From Octopus vulgaris (lineage: Eukaryota), in the NCBI GenBank assembly GCA_951406725.2, contig OX597819.1, positions 65,348,001 to 65,412,000 of the forward strand: 64,000 nt of DNA. The letters are read 5' to 3'. Within the stretch, counting starts at the first letter, position 1. Each line of letters opens with the position of its first letter. The position numbers and the translations under genes are program-made. The notes under the pieces are model-generated. The model searched no databases and had not been told where the DNA came from. It saw only the letters and a list, made by a program, of their open reading frames with translations. Below, piece by piece: positions 52,141 to 64,000 of the stretch.

Positions 52141-53756
52141 AACACCCGATCATATATTACACAACGTCCTCTTCTCCAAATCCTTTGGCAATTCCTTTCA
52201 GCCGAGTAATAACAGCTCCATTTATGTCAAGTATCTTTGGTAACAAATATATTTCATCACTCACCCTGGAGAAACAATTTGGCAGATGAATAAAACCATC
52301 TTATCCCAACACATCTCGCACTCATCAAAAACGAGTTATCCAAATATTTTAATCGGATCTACACTTGCAGTTGTTGGGAGTAAAAACTAGGTTTACAAGG
52401 CGTGGAAAATCTCATCCACTCATCAAAACTTACGCTGTACTCTAACATTTCAACATTTGCCCCCTTGACGCTCTGTCCCTAAATGATGATAACGGGCGCT
52501 GTATGCACTTCAGCTTGCAGTCAATCAATTTTGCGTTCATCACAGCAATCTCCACCAATATAGGTGAGTACATTTCTTCTCCATTTCTGAAAGTCTATGG
52601 ATTAATGAGCATTATCCCAAGGAGAAAGGTTTAATCTTCGTATATCATATTTACTTCACATTACACTATCTTATGTTATCATTTCTCAATCTCTTCTCTT
52701 CAATCTCATGAGAGCCCGCACCTTTCGTACCCATAGGCCATGCACGAAAGTACAGTTTCAATATCTATTAACAATACTCTCATCCATCACTGTAAATCCT
52801 GATGTTTCCTGAATGTACAGCAATACGACATCTGCAGAGCGGTTTCACTCACATGTCACTCACATGTGGGCTTTCACATTGGAGAATATCAACGAAAGCA
52901 ATATATTACAGATATGAATTAGTAAATAAATCTATTTCTTTTTCGCTGATTACATAATCATCATAGGTATATGCAGGTGCATGATCAAGAGAGTGCGACT
53001 GAGAGAAAAAATATTTGTGTATTTATATTCAAAATATATATTTCTATTTGTATATCTGTAAATTCCATGATATCTTTTTTATTTACATCTGGCGCGTCTG
53101 TTATATAAACACACGTTCAATTGAAAATATCTTATATTTTTTTGTATCAAAAACATTTCCTCCTTACTGTTACTTTTTTTTTTTTTCTTCTTCAGATATT
53201 ATCCTTACCAGCGTTTTATCTAATGAGCTTGACTTTTTTCCTCTTCAGGTTAAAATTTAGCAAAATTACGTTCATACATCAAGGTTAATGTTACTTTTTG
53301 CTTTTCGTTCCTAACCCGAAAACTGATTCTTAGATAATTTCTTGCTTGATATCCGAAATCATATTTTATTGATCATCCATAGACAAAACTGAAACAAACA
53401 TTTACCGAATTATCGCTATTTTCTTTTTTCTTTTTTGTTAGTTCCCTATTTTTACTTTCATAGTTTTTAAATTTCTTTTTCCATTTTTCAACTCTCCTAT
53501 GTAGTGCTATTTACTTCAAATTGTATTTTTATATTTTATTTTTTTCAAATATATATTTTGTTTTTATCGAAAAAGATATGAACTAGAGTCATTAAGTAAA
53601 TATTGCCAACAGAAGGGAAGCGAGAACAGCTATTAAGTTTATATATAAGGATTGAATAAATTCAAAATAACTCTTATTAATATTGAATATTTCATGTTAT
53701 TTTGTAATTCGTGATTGCTTTGATCACACACAAATACACGCGTACGCAAACATATA

Positions 53757-54004
53757 TTAGGTTGGTGCATAACTATTGCGGCTGTTTTTCAACAAATTTT
53801 ATTCAGCAAAAATAGTAACAATGTTTAACAAAAAACATCTTTAAATGGCGGTCTGACAGTCTGCCAAGCAAATGAGAAGCAGTAATTGAAGTTGATGGTA
53901 AATATGCTCCAGAATAATCATTTAAAAATGTGTTTGTTACATGCTGTTGATTGGGTTGAATAAAATTTGTTGTAAAAAGCTGCAATAATTATGTACCAAC
54001 CCAA
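53757..54004 (+). mobile_element. Mariner-derived MITE, 248 bp
   Basis: TA TSDs; TIR ttaggttggtgcataactattgcggc / gctgcaataattatgtaccaacccaa; internal DSLPSK*EAVIEVDGKY transposase tail. Confidence 0.9.
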
Positions 54005-54380
54005 TATATGTATAAACATACATAGAGATCGTAAATATCGTTTATAAGTGTTCGCGGGAGTGTCATTTCCGCATGTGTCTTCCGTATATATGAGTATGTT
54101 TTCTCAAGAGTCACGTAGACGGAACAGACATATCGACCCGAAAAAAAAAAAAAAATTCAGAACGAATTCTTTTATATTCATAATGCATTCCTTGTTACTC
54201 TCTCACATATAAAGAGACAGTAAACCCATCACTTCCGGAAATCTGTTACCTTCGACACTATTGTTTATCAATGGCGATATAAACTTAAATATAGAGACAT
54301 ACACATATGGCATACGACAAGTGTGTAAGAGTACGCTTAAGTGTGTACACTAATAAAATCTCAGTAAAAGTATCTTGTAA

Positions 54381-54584
54381 TATTCTTTTATTCTTTTATC
54401 CTTTTACTTGTTTCAGTCATTTGAATGCGGTCATGCTGGCCATGCTGGAGCAAATCGACCCCAGGACTTTTTTGTAAGCTTAGTACTTATTCTATCGGTC
54501 TCTTTTACTGAACCAATAAGTTACGGGGACGTAAACACACCAGCGTAGTTTGTAAAGCGATGTTGGGGGGACAAACAGACACAC

Positions 54585-54668
<84 letters not shown>

Positions 54669-54819
54669 GAAGGGCTTCTTTCAGTTTCGATCTACCAAAT
54701 CCACACACAAGGCCTTATTCTGTCCAAGGCTATAGTAGAAGACACTTGCCCAAGTGGGACTGGATCCGGAACCATGTGCTCGGTATTCAAGTTAATTATC
54801 GCAGAGCCACTCCTGCGCC
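54381..54819 (-). mobile_element. SINE family A
   Basis: Reverse complement of consensus; internal (CA)n(TA)n. Confidence 0.9.
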
Positions 54820-56072
54820 TATATCATAACAATATATGCAAATCTCAGTTAAGAAATCACGAAAGCAGCCCGAAAACAAAATATGTTATCCTGGACAAAA
54901 AATTGCTCTAGAAAACATGAACGTTCTTGAATTTTCTTCTAAACGCTGTTGTATACATTGCAGTCAAATTCATTCCTGTTGACTTCTTTTTTTGTGTTCT
55001 TCAATAATTCATACATAAATCCTTATGTGTTTGATCCATTAATAAAAGCATAGTATATATCGAAAATGAAGTAATGTTTTTCTCATACTTTATTTCTGAA
55101 ATGTTCAGTGTTTCATCTCCAAACCTTATTCCATTATATTCCTCTCTATCATTTTGCATTTTGTGAGTTATTCTTTCTCTCTTAAGATTTGTCAATATTG
55201 CAGTTTGTAATTTTTACCTAACTTTTTTTCTTCCTTTTTCTCCAATTCATTTCAATCATTTTATTATCCTCTCAGAAATAATCACCCATATACTGCACTC
55301 AAACTCAAGTATTTTTCTGCCTCTGAAAATGCTTCCATTTGCTTGAGACTTTCTCACCTGGTATATTTTTTAGATGATTCCCCCATCTTTAAATTTAAAT
55401 TCCACTGGTTTCCTATCCTGCATGATTGCCACGGAGATATATGGTTATAACTTCTCTTCCACTCCATAAATATATATTAAACTCTATTCAATTCTTCTCA
55501 AATAAAATCCTTCCGCTTCGCCATAGTTTCCACAGACATACAAAGGAACTACTATACCATATATGAAAACCTTCAGTGTTTCCGTATATCCTTGTCATTT
55601 CCTCACTACAATTCTTTTCTTATTTTGACACGTTAAATCTTTTCTTCATAATTTCAACGTCATTGCTCATTCTGTTTTTTTTTTTCACATTTTCAGCTCC
55701 CAAACAATTTCACTCTCTCCTTCCTTTACTACTTGTCTCACCAATATTTTTTTATTAGTGACAATTTTTCTCCCGTTTGCATGTACCTCTTTATTTAATT
55801 CTCATCTTATAACATAATTTCTCTCTTCCACCCCCTTCATTACAACCACTGCTTTCTCATTTCGTATCAATGAAAGCAACAACCGAAGAGAGGATTAAGC
55901 TTTACATATAGTAAGGTAGCAAAATAAGTACGTCACTTAGATGCAAAATCTCTTCAATTACAATTCATATTGTAAGTTTTTGCGTAGATCATAGAACATC
56001 GCTGGTTTGCATTAGTTTCAAACGTATACAAACAGCTAACAATTTGCGTTCTTTGTTGAATCTTGCTGACAG

Positions 56073-56492
56073 TTTACTCTTTTACTCTTTTACTTGTTTC
56101 AGTCATTTGACTGTTGCCATGCTGGAGCACCGCCTTTAGTCGAGCAAATCGACCCCAGGACTTATTCTTTGTAAGCCTAGTACTTACTCTATCGGTCTCT
56201 TTTGCCGAAACGCTAAGTTACGGCGACGTAAACACAACACACCAGCATTGGTTGTCAAGCGATGTTGGAGGGACAAACACAGACACACAAACATATACAC
56301 ACACATATATATATACATATATGTATATACATATATACGACGGGCTTCTTTCAGTTTCTGTCTACCAAATCCACTCACAAGGCTTTGGTCGGCATGAGGC
56401 TATAGTAGAAGACACTTGCCCAAGGTGAGACGCAGTGGGAACTGAACCCAGAACCATATGGTTGGGAAAGAAGCTACTTATGACACAGCCAC
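56073..56492 (-). mobile_element. SINE family A
   Basis: Reverse complement of consensus; short internal microsatellite. Confidence 0.9.
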
Positions 56493-58544
56493 GTACATAG
56501 GTGTAGAAGAAATATCTCTCTCGAGAAGAAAACGTAAGTAAATCTATTTTAGCTGCACATTAGATCCAAAGATATTTCTTTTTTCATATAGATACAGATT
56601 GATATATAAAAAAAGCAAGTGTACCTATATAAACATAAATATACATAAGTACATATTTATATATGTGTGCGTATATTCATGTGTACACCCCCCCTCACAT
56701 ATACATATACATACATACACACTAACGAATGTTTGTGATTTTGTAATCTTCTGGTCACTGAGTATGTCAAATGTATGCATTCTTGCATGTATGAATGGCA
56801 GAATCATACGTCCAATGCATACAGTGCATTCCTATAATTGTTCTCGCACCCTGCGATTTGAGTTCATTCCACTGCGATACTTTGAGATAAGCCTTCTCGG
56901 GGTCAACAAGTTTAGTGTAAACTCAGTTGTAATACAGATATTTTACCCAAGAGATATCACATCAAAGATGTTCCATTAGGATTTAATACCGGATGGTTCT
57001 GTATTTCCGTTCGCCTGGACTTGAGAAAGAGTAATAATTATCTGAAATAACGTACTCTTGCTTACGAAATCGTGTTTGACATCTAGCTACGCTCTTAGGT
57101 TTTGTATTTGTCTGCGAGTGTGTGAGTGCATGTGCTTGTGTGTGCTTGTGAATGATTGCGTGCCTGTGTGAGTATTGAGTTTGCAATAATACTCGCTTCA
57201 GACATTTGCTTTTCTTAATATTTCACGTGATTATCTCTATTGCCATGTGTGCTCATGCCATAACGCATTGTACTGCCTACGTAACTAAATACAATAAAAT
57301 ATGTCTGCATATAAGTGTATTTGTGCGCATGTGTATGTGCGCACGCGTGTTTATGTGTATTTTGAGGGAATGGAAAAGATAAAATCTAGTTTACATGTGT
57401 TCCCTTGCTAGCAGAACATCAGAAGTAATAAGTACTCAACGAAGTGTACTCCACTGGAAACTCATGAACTACAATAATCCACGCCAATAAACAATTACTG
57501 TCTCTTACAATTGTTTTTTTACCTACTTCGGATTTTCAAATTTTAAAGTTTACTAAATAACACGATATCTAAATACGACTGTATTCTAATGACAGAAATT
57601 CGCAAAAGGATATTTCATTGCTAGCAGCATCGAGTTCAATTTTCAATTTGCCTTCAAATTCAGTGTCGATAAAATTGTTACCATTTACGCACTAGGTAAA
57701 AAGTGATCGGCAAATTCCCTCTACTTAAATTTCAGGCTTCAGCCAAAATTTAATTCCATTTTTACTAAGCTTCATGAGTAGATATCTCGAATTGTTTTAG
57801 CACCAGATAAAAATGCTTATCTTTGCAGCATTCGTCCCAATTCTTTTTATTAGGTGTTCAAATATCGCAGAAATCACATGTGAGTTATTCACAGTCTATA
57901 AAATAAAGTACGAAATAGACGCCATTTTTCATATAGCTGTCACGTGACAAAATAATTCCCTGTAGATTCATTAGTTGTGAGAGCCTGCATACGATAGATA
58001 ATATTTTTAACATTCAAATAATCATTAACCCTGCTTGACACTTATTTAGACATTACAGAAGAAGGATAATCTACGGTACTTAATTTCATTTCATCTCTAA
58101 ATGTAAAGAGCACCAGTAATCATTTGAATGGCGTTTACCGATAAAAGGTAAGCGTATCAGTTTAAACAACGGAACGGAATGTGACTTGAATTAATAGTAC
58201 GTCCATCATAGAGAGAATATTCATTACGAAATATATTAATAGTAATTAAATATATTCTCCGTTCTTTTGCTTTGTGGCTATAACTTATTTGGTTTACAGA
58301 ATGAATATATATATAGAACGTATGATATTAAATATTTAGAGATAGAGAAATATACATATGTATATATGTACACACACGCATATACTTTTAAGCATATTTG
58401 CATACATATACTCAAAATATTTACCTATCTGTTTATCTATCTATCTATCCATCTCCTCTCTATCTCTCTCTCTCTCTGTATATATATGTATATATTTATA
58501 CATATATATATATATAGATATATTTGTGTGTGAATATAAATATG

Positions 58545-58576
<32 letters not shown>

Positions 58577-59058
58577 CACACACACGCATATATATATATA
58601 TATGTATATGTATATATATAGATATATATGCATATGTGTGTATGCGTGTGGGTGTGAATGCGTATATGTGAACATATATGCGTGAGCGCTCGCATGAGTG
58701 TGTGTGAATGAATGAATACAATTATAATAAATGAATTAATGACATAGACAAAAGTATATTATTAGAACAAACCCAGTAACAAATTTGGATTAATGTTCAT
58801 CTGGACAGCTTAAAAACTTCCTCTAATGTCTTACGCTAAATATGGCATATAAAGACTATATATTCAATTATTCTATCTTTGTAGGTATTCAGAGATCTAA
58901 AGGAAAATCAACTTCAATAAACGTAAACGCCCGGCTACACGTACCCACATACACACCTAAAATCTCCCTTCCCTTACACACACGAATATACACGAAGTAT
59001 ATACATATATTTATATATTTATGTATGTAATGTTGTATTTCTCTCTCTCTCTCTCTCT

Positions 59059-59116
<58 letters not shown>

Positions 59117-59343
59117 TATATATATATATTATACGTTCATGAGTATGGATATCTCTTTCAGTAAATACACAGACACGCATGTTATATAAAATTACACGAA
59201 ATGGAAGTATTGGAAAATATCATAAGTGTTCTATGGTGTGTGTATGTATCATTTTACTTTTACCAATGTCTATATCTTTCCCTGTCTCATTATACCTGGA
59301 CATACAAACACGCACATACTCAAACATACACACACACGTATTT

Positions 59344-59402
<59 letters not shown>

Positions 59403-59407
<5 letters not shown>

Positions 59408-59590
59408 GGAGAATCCACAAAAAAAACAAAAGACGAAGACAGGTGATGTAGACAACAAACATATGTATTAGTATAACGCTCGGAAAGTGAAAAAGTCTTT
59501 AAAGTTTCGAGCCTACGCTTTTCCACAGAAAGGAACACAGAAAGAAGCAAGGAGAGAAAATAAAGAATGTGTAGTGGCTAGCGATCTATA
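59403..59590 (-). mobile_element. Short hammerhead-bearing element related to H1
   Basis: Minus strand cttt-CTGTGGA-a-aagc-gtag-gctc-GAAA-ct-TT-aaag at 59497-532; abuts (TA)n. Confidence 0.6.
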
Positions 59591-59906
59591 GACAAAATCA
59601 ACCTATATATATATGTATATCAATAATAAAAGGGTAAAATCAATTAATTATTAATTAATTTTACCAAATAGTGTTCAGTATGTAAGAGGACCATTTAAGG
59701 TATATTTAAAGTATTACGTTATGTAATTAGGGTTCAGTAAAATAATTTACTTTACTACATACTGAAACTTTTAGAAATAGCAGCCAAAAAGTTTTTTTAG
59801 CTATTTTTTTACTATAAGACAAATCTCCCAGACAGTGTATACTCAAAAATAATTCACGCAGATATGGAGGGAAAAATAACAAAATATCACATGTACATAA
59901 GATCAT

Positions 59907-59968
59907 TTGAGAACGAACGTTCCTGGATTAGTTGAATTTAAAAATCAACATTTCCTTCGTCAGCTCAA
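59907..59968 (-). ncRNA. Hammerhead, mirror copy with GAAA>GGAA mutation
   Basis: ttgag-CTGACGA-agga...tcca-GGAA-cgttcg-TT-ctcaa. Confidence 0.6.
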
Positions 59969-60534
59969 CATTTCTTAGATTTGGATTAGAGAGCACTAAA
60001 AATCGAACATACCCGTCTGATATGAGTAATCTCAGATAAACCATCTTCAACCGCCAGTACCAACCAATTCAAAAAGTACGAATGAGACATTGCATTCCTC
60101 CCGCTTCCATCCACGTGAGTTATAGAGTAAACAAATTCTTACAGTGAGAACCATAGTAAAAACAGTGAGAGAGAATTATATTATCAATAATAAAAGGGTA
60201 AAATCAATTAATTATTAATTAATTTTACCAAGTAGTGTTCAGTATGTGGTAAAGTAAATTATTTTACTGAACCCTAATTATATAACGTAATATTTTAAAT
60301 ATTCCTTAAATGATCCTCTTACATACTGAACACTACTTGGTAAAATTAATTAATAATTAATTGATTTTACTACGGTTCTCACTGGAAGAATTTGTTTAGC
60401 GGGAGGAATGCAATGCCTCATTCGCACTTTTTGAATTGGTTGGTACTGGCGGTTGAAGATGGTTTGTCTGAGATTACTCATATCAGACGGGTATGTTCGA
60501 TTTTTAGTGCTCTCTAATCCAAATCTAAGAAATG

Positions 60535-60596
60535 TTGAGCTGACGAAGGAAATGTTGATTTTTAAATTCAACTAATCCAGAAACGTACGTTCTCAA
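60535..60596 (+). ncRNA. Type I hammerhead ribozyme, conserved boxes intact
   Basis: ttgag-CTGACGA(60540-46)-a-gga..gttga/tcaac..tcc-a-GAAA(60580-83)-cgtacg-TT-ctcaa; ACGTACGT palindrome; A-A at base of stem II. Confidence 0.75.
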
Positions 60597-60789
60597 ATGA
60601 TCTTATGTACATGTGATATGTTGTTATTTTTCCCTCCATATCTGCGTGAATTATTTTTGAGTATACACTGTCTGGGAGATTTGTCTTATTGTAAAAGAAA
60701 TAGCTAAAAACACTTTCTGGCTGCTATTTCTAAAAGTTTCAGTATGTGATAAAGTAAATTATTTTTCTGAACCCTAATTATATAACGTA

Positions 60790-60854
<65 letters not shown>

Positions 60855-62394
60855 CACATATAAGTCACATTATTCATCACAACTGTGCTTCGAAAGGCAA
60901 CATGAAAATCTGAGTAACAGTTTTGTGATAATTTTGTAGCTTTAATAAAAGTACATATATTTTTATTTTGTGCGTGCGTGTGTGTGTGTGTGTGTGTGTA
61001 TAACATTATTCATTAATTTTCAGTGCATTTACTTGTATGTAAGGACGCGTGTATATAACATATGTATGCATGTCAACATGTTTGTGAATTGGTTCGTTTC
61101 CAAAATTAAGATAAACTCCTATCACGTATTAAGCTATCGGCATGAAAGCAAAACTTCCTTCACTGTATATGCTATTGTATGAAATAATGCTACAAATTTT
61201 TCTGAAGGTGTATGCATTTACTCTATGTGTATTTGTGAGCACTAGTATGTCTCTGTATATATCATTCGGTTGTGAAAATCATTTATGTACGTGTGTATAT
61301 TGTGTTGTATGCGCGTGTTTATGTATGTGTATAATTGTAAAATCAATTGTCTCCTTGAAAGAATCTCTACAATTATAAATTCAAATTGGCGATTTATATT
61401 TCCAGCAATCATCCTATGCTCGAATTCTTTATGGATTGTAGATATGAACACAGTCATTGTTGGGCACTTAAGAATAACAATCTGGCAATTACGCGGTTCC
61501 ATACTGGATCGAAACACCACTGCTCCAATAAATTGAACATCTGTTTTCTCCTATAACATCGACATTTTTATATGGAAATTGTACTACACAAATTTGGTAC
61601 ATCTACATTATTCAATGCAGGTTTAAATTGAAAATGCTGTGCGCTCTCGTTTTGTGCGCGGTTACTACGCGAAGTAATGACCGCATATATCGGTGTCTTC
61701 TAAGGATTGGCAAAATTGCTGAAAATAATTTGTGTTTTAAAAGTCCCGCTAACTTTCATGTATACGAATATTCATTATTTAAATTATAAGCTATGCTGTT
61801 ACGTCTCCAAAGGAAAGCTGGAGGGAGTCAGAATTTAAGTTATCTTATGTCTTGAAAATGTGTTTTATTCAACGATACAAAATACATATAAAGAGACCTT
61901 TGTACTTCTATATATGCACAACGTGTACTCTCCATGATAAACGCTGATAGCTCATCTATTAAAATAATTCTCATATATTATCGTTTTCTAAAAGTGCTAG
62001 AGATCATATTCTCGTTAAACGTCGAAATATTTATCGGTATGTGAACAATCATATATAACCGTCCACATTCACAAATATGTTTAAAGGGACATTAGTTTAA
62101 ATTCATCTATCGGCTATTAATACATTGAAATCAAATTGCAATACAGATACTTTATATATTATCGCCAAATAGAGTTACCAAATATTAGATAGAACCGAAT
62201 ATTAAATACATGTACTTCGGAGTTATTATCTCCTCTTCTGCGACAGAGAACGGAAAGGCAGATGCTGCAAAATTAACCCAGAGACACGAATAATATTCCC
62301 CTCATAGTCGAATAACTGTTGCCGCTATTCAGCTGCTCACTGTGTCATACCTGACCACACCGTCTTTTACACACGCAAACATCTATATGTATTA

Positions 62395-62595
62395 ATAGGC
62401 CGATAGATGCATGTGCATCGTTGACGATTCTCTTTCTCCGTCTTCCCTTCTTTGGACTTTTTCTATATTTCTGATGAAGAGCTCTGCTCGAAACATGAAA
62501 TCCACTTTCATTCCTTTCCTCAGCGTCCAATAACAGTGTACTTATTACACGTCCTCGCATGGTTTTTTACTGCTTGTTCATGTTTAGATTGATTT
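62395..62595 (+). mobile_element. Hammerhead-bearing element family H1, second copy
   Basis: ttt-CTGATGA(62471-77)-a-gagc-tct-gctc-GAAA-catg-aaa; downstream agcgtccaataa...acgtcctcgc shared with 17097-17133. Confidence 0.75.
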
Positions 62596-62604
62596 TATAT
62601 ATAA

Positions 62605-62724
62605 AAGAGACTGACACAATGAGCACTAGGCTTACAAAGCATAAGTTCTGAGGTCGATGTGTTCGACTAAAGGCGCTGCTACAGCATGGCCGTAGCCAAA
62701 TGATGAAACAAATAAAGGAATAAA

Positions 62725-62725
<1 letters not shown>
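62605..62725 (+). mobile_element. SINE family A 3' fragment
   Basis: actaggcttacaaag...ttcgactaaaggcg...gaaacaaataaa. Confidence 0.75.
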
Positions 62726-62813
<88 letters not shown>

Positions 62814-62817
62814 AAAC

Positions 62818-62882
<65 letters not shown>

Positions 62883-62912
62883 TATAAATATATATAAAAT
62901 AAAAATATATAT

Positions 62913-62955
<43 letters not shown>

Positions 62956-62957
62956 AA

Positions 62958-63039
<82 letters not shown>

Positions 63040-63581
63040 TTTGCTTCTTATCTAACTTTACAAAGAAAAGATTGGCAATGACGTCGAAGATTCGGTTTAC
63101 CGTACGTCATCAGCTTATTCATCGCTGATAAGCCGAAGTTTCAAAGTTACCAATAACCTATATATCCTATCTATATCTGTAGGAAAACTTAGTAAAACAC
63201 TTTGATATGCATACACATGTATAGGCCTACATACTCACATTTATATAGAAGATATTTGCAGAAGGGGCCACGCAGCGTAGCTGAATTGAAAGCCACGGTT
63301 TTTCCGAGTAAAATATCTTGACCGTAATTACACACGCACAACCACGCATTCATGCATACATACATACATGCCTACATATGTGCGTTTATATTTTTGCGTA
63401 TGTGTATAGAGAGGATGGCATTCTTAGTAACAATTACATATCAATATAATCTGATATCCTGATGAAAGAAATTCAAAAAAAAGAAACACATTCTTGTACA
63501 TTCTGAAATTAATCCTGTAAGAATGGAGACAAATGAAAACTGTAGTGAAGAATATACTGATGTTTATCTGCGATAGTCGAA

Positions 63582-63619
<38 letters not shown>

Positions 63620-63780
63620 AATGAAGGTAGTGGTGAGATCATGAGGATGATTAAGATCATCATCATCATGAATATGACGAATATGATTATCATGATGACG
63701 ATATAGAGGATGATGACACTGATCACGATGATCATTATGACGATGACGACGACGATAATAATAATAATGACGATGATGTC
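63582..63780. repeat. (GAT)n-rich degenerate trinucleotide array
   Basis: direct reading. Confidence 0.9.
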
Positions 63781-64000
63781 GACAGAAACGTATTTGTCTT
63801 ATTTGTCCCTGCTTGTCATGACGAAGCAATTTCGAAAGTCTGTCCGCTTAGATTACAGCTAAAAGGTGTAAGAAGATAGAATTAAGGAGAGAGGGAAATA
63901 AATCTCAGATCTAGACTGGAATATTATGAAAACCAAAACACGTTAGCGAAATCTGAAATCAGCATTATCTGTACTTTTGTGTTTAAGTTCAGAAGCCATT

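Larger units (their letters stand above)
59618..60797. mobile_element. Fold-back of tandem hammerhead-containing monomers (retrozyme or PLE pseudo-LTR-like)
   Basis: 59618 recurs at 60182 (564 period); 60241 recurs at 60741 (500 period); right arm is the reverse complement of the left arm. Confidence 0.85.

Noticed and set aside
52500-52570. Possible micro-exon (ttcag...ag|gtgagt)
   Set aside because: Only splice-like motifs; no recognisable peptide or partner exons
55000-55860. Pyrimidine-rich stretch suggesting a decayed minus-strand ORF
   Set aside because: No recognisable motif on manual translation
63075-63135. CTGATGA on the minus strand with twin small hairpins
   Set aside because: GAAT instead of GAAA and no valid stems I or II
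63455-63500. CTGATGA...GAAA on the plus strand (similar chance hits at 43138, 50045, 51551, 62517)
   Set aside because: No stem II or stem I pairing; expected by chance in AT-rich DNA

Overview
AT-rich eukaryotic non-coding DNA. The SINE families and the extreme (TA)n/(CA)n/(TAA)n microsatellite load most resemble an octopus (cephalopod) genome; this is inferred from remembered repeat motifs, not from a search. I found no supportable host protein-coding exon. Almost all ORF-track entries are microsatellite translations. The window is a transposon patchwork: (1) several tRNA-headed SINE families; (2) 5'-truncated RTE and CR1-group LINE ends; (3) at least four families of R4/Dong-like restriction-like-endonuclease retrotransposons sitting in (TAA)n tracts; (4) a decayed Neptune-type Penelope-like element (PLE); (5) a full-length mariner, a mariner MITE, a Chapaev-like transposase and a hAT MITE; (6) three non-autonomous Helitrons. 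The most interesting hidden layer is about 12 type I hammerhead-ribozyme motifs on both strands, carried by unrelated short non-coding elements that mostly abut (TA)n tracts. They include a ~1.2 kb fold-back built from tandem ~500-560 nt hammerhead monomers (retrozyme-like), a 260 bp palindrome with a hammerhead in each arm, and a hammerhead with a G3:C8 compensatory swap in the catalytic core. All folds were paired by eye and none has been tested for cleavage.
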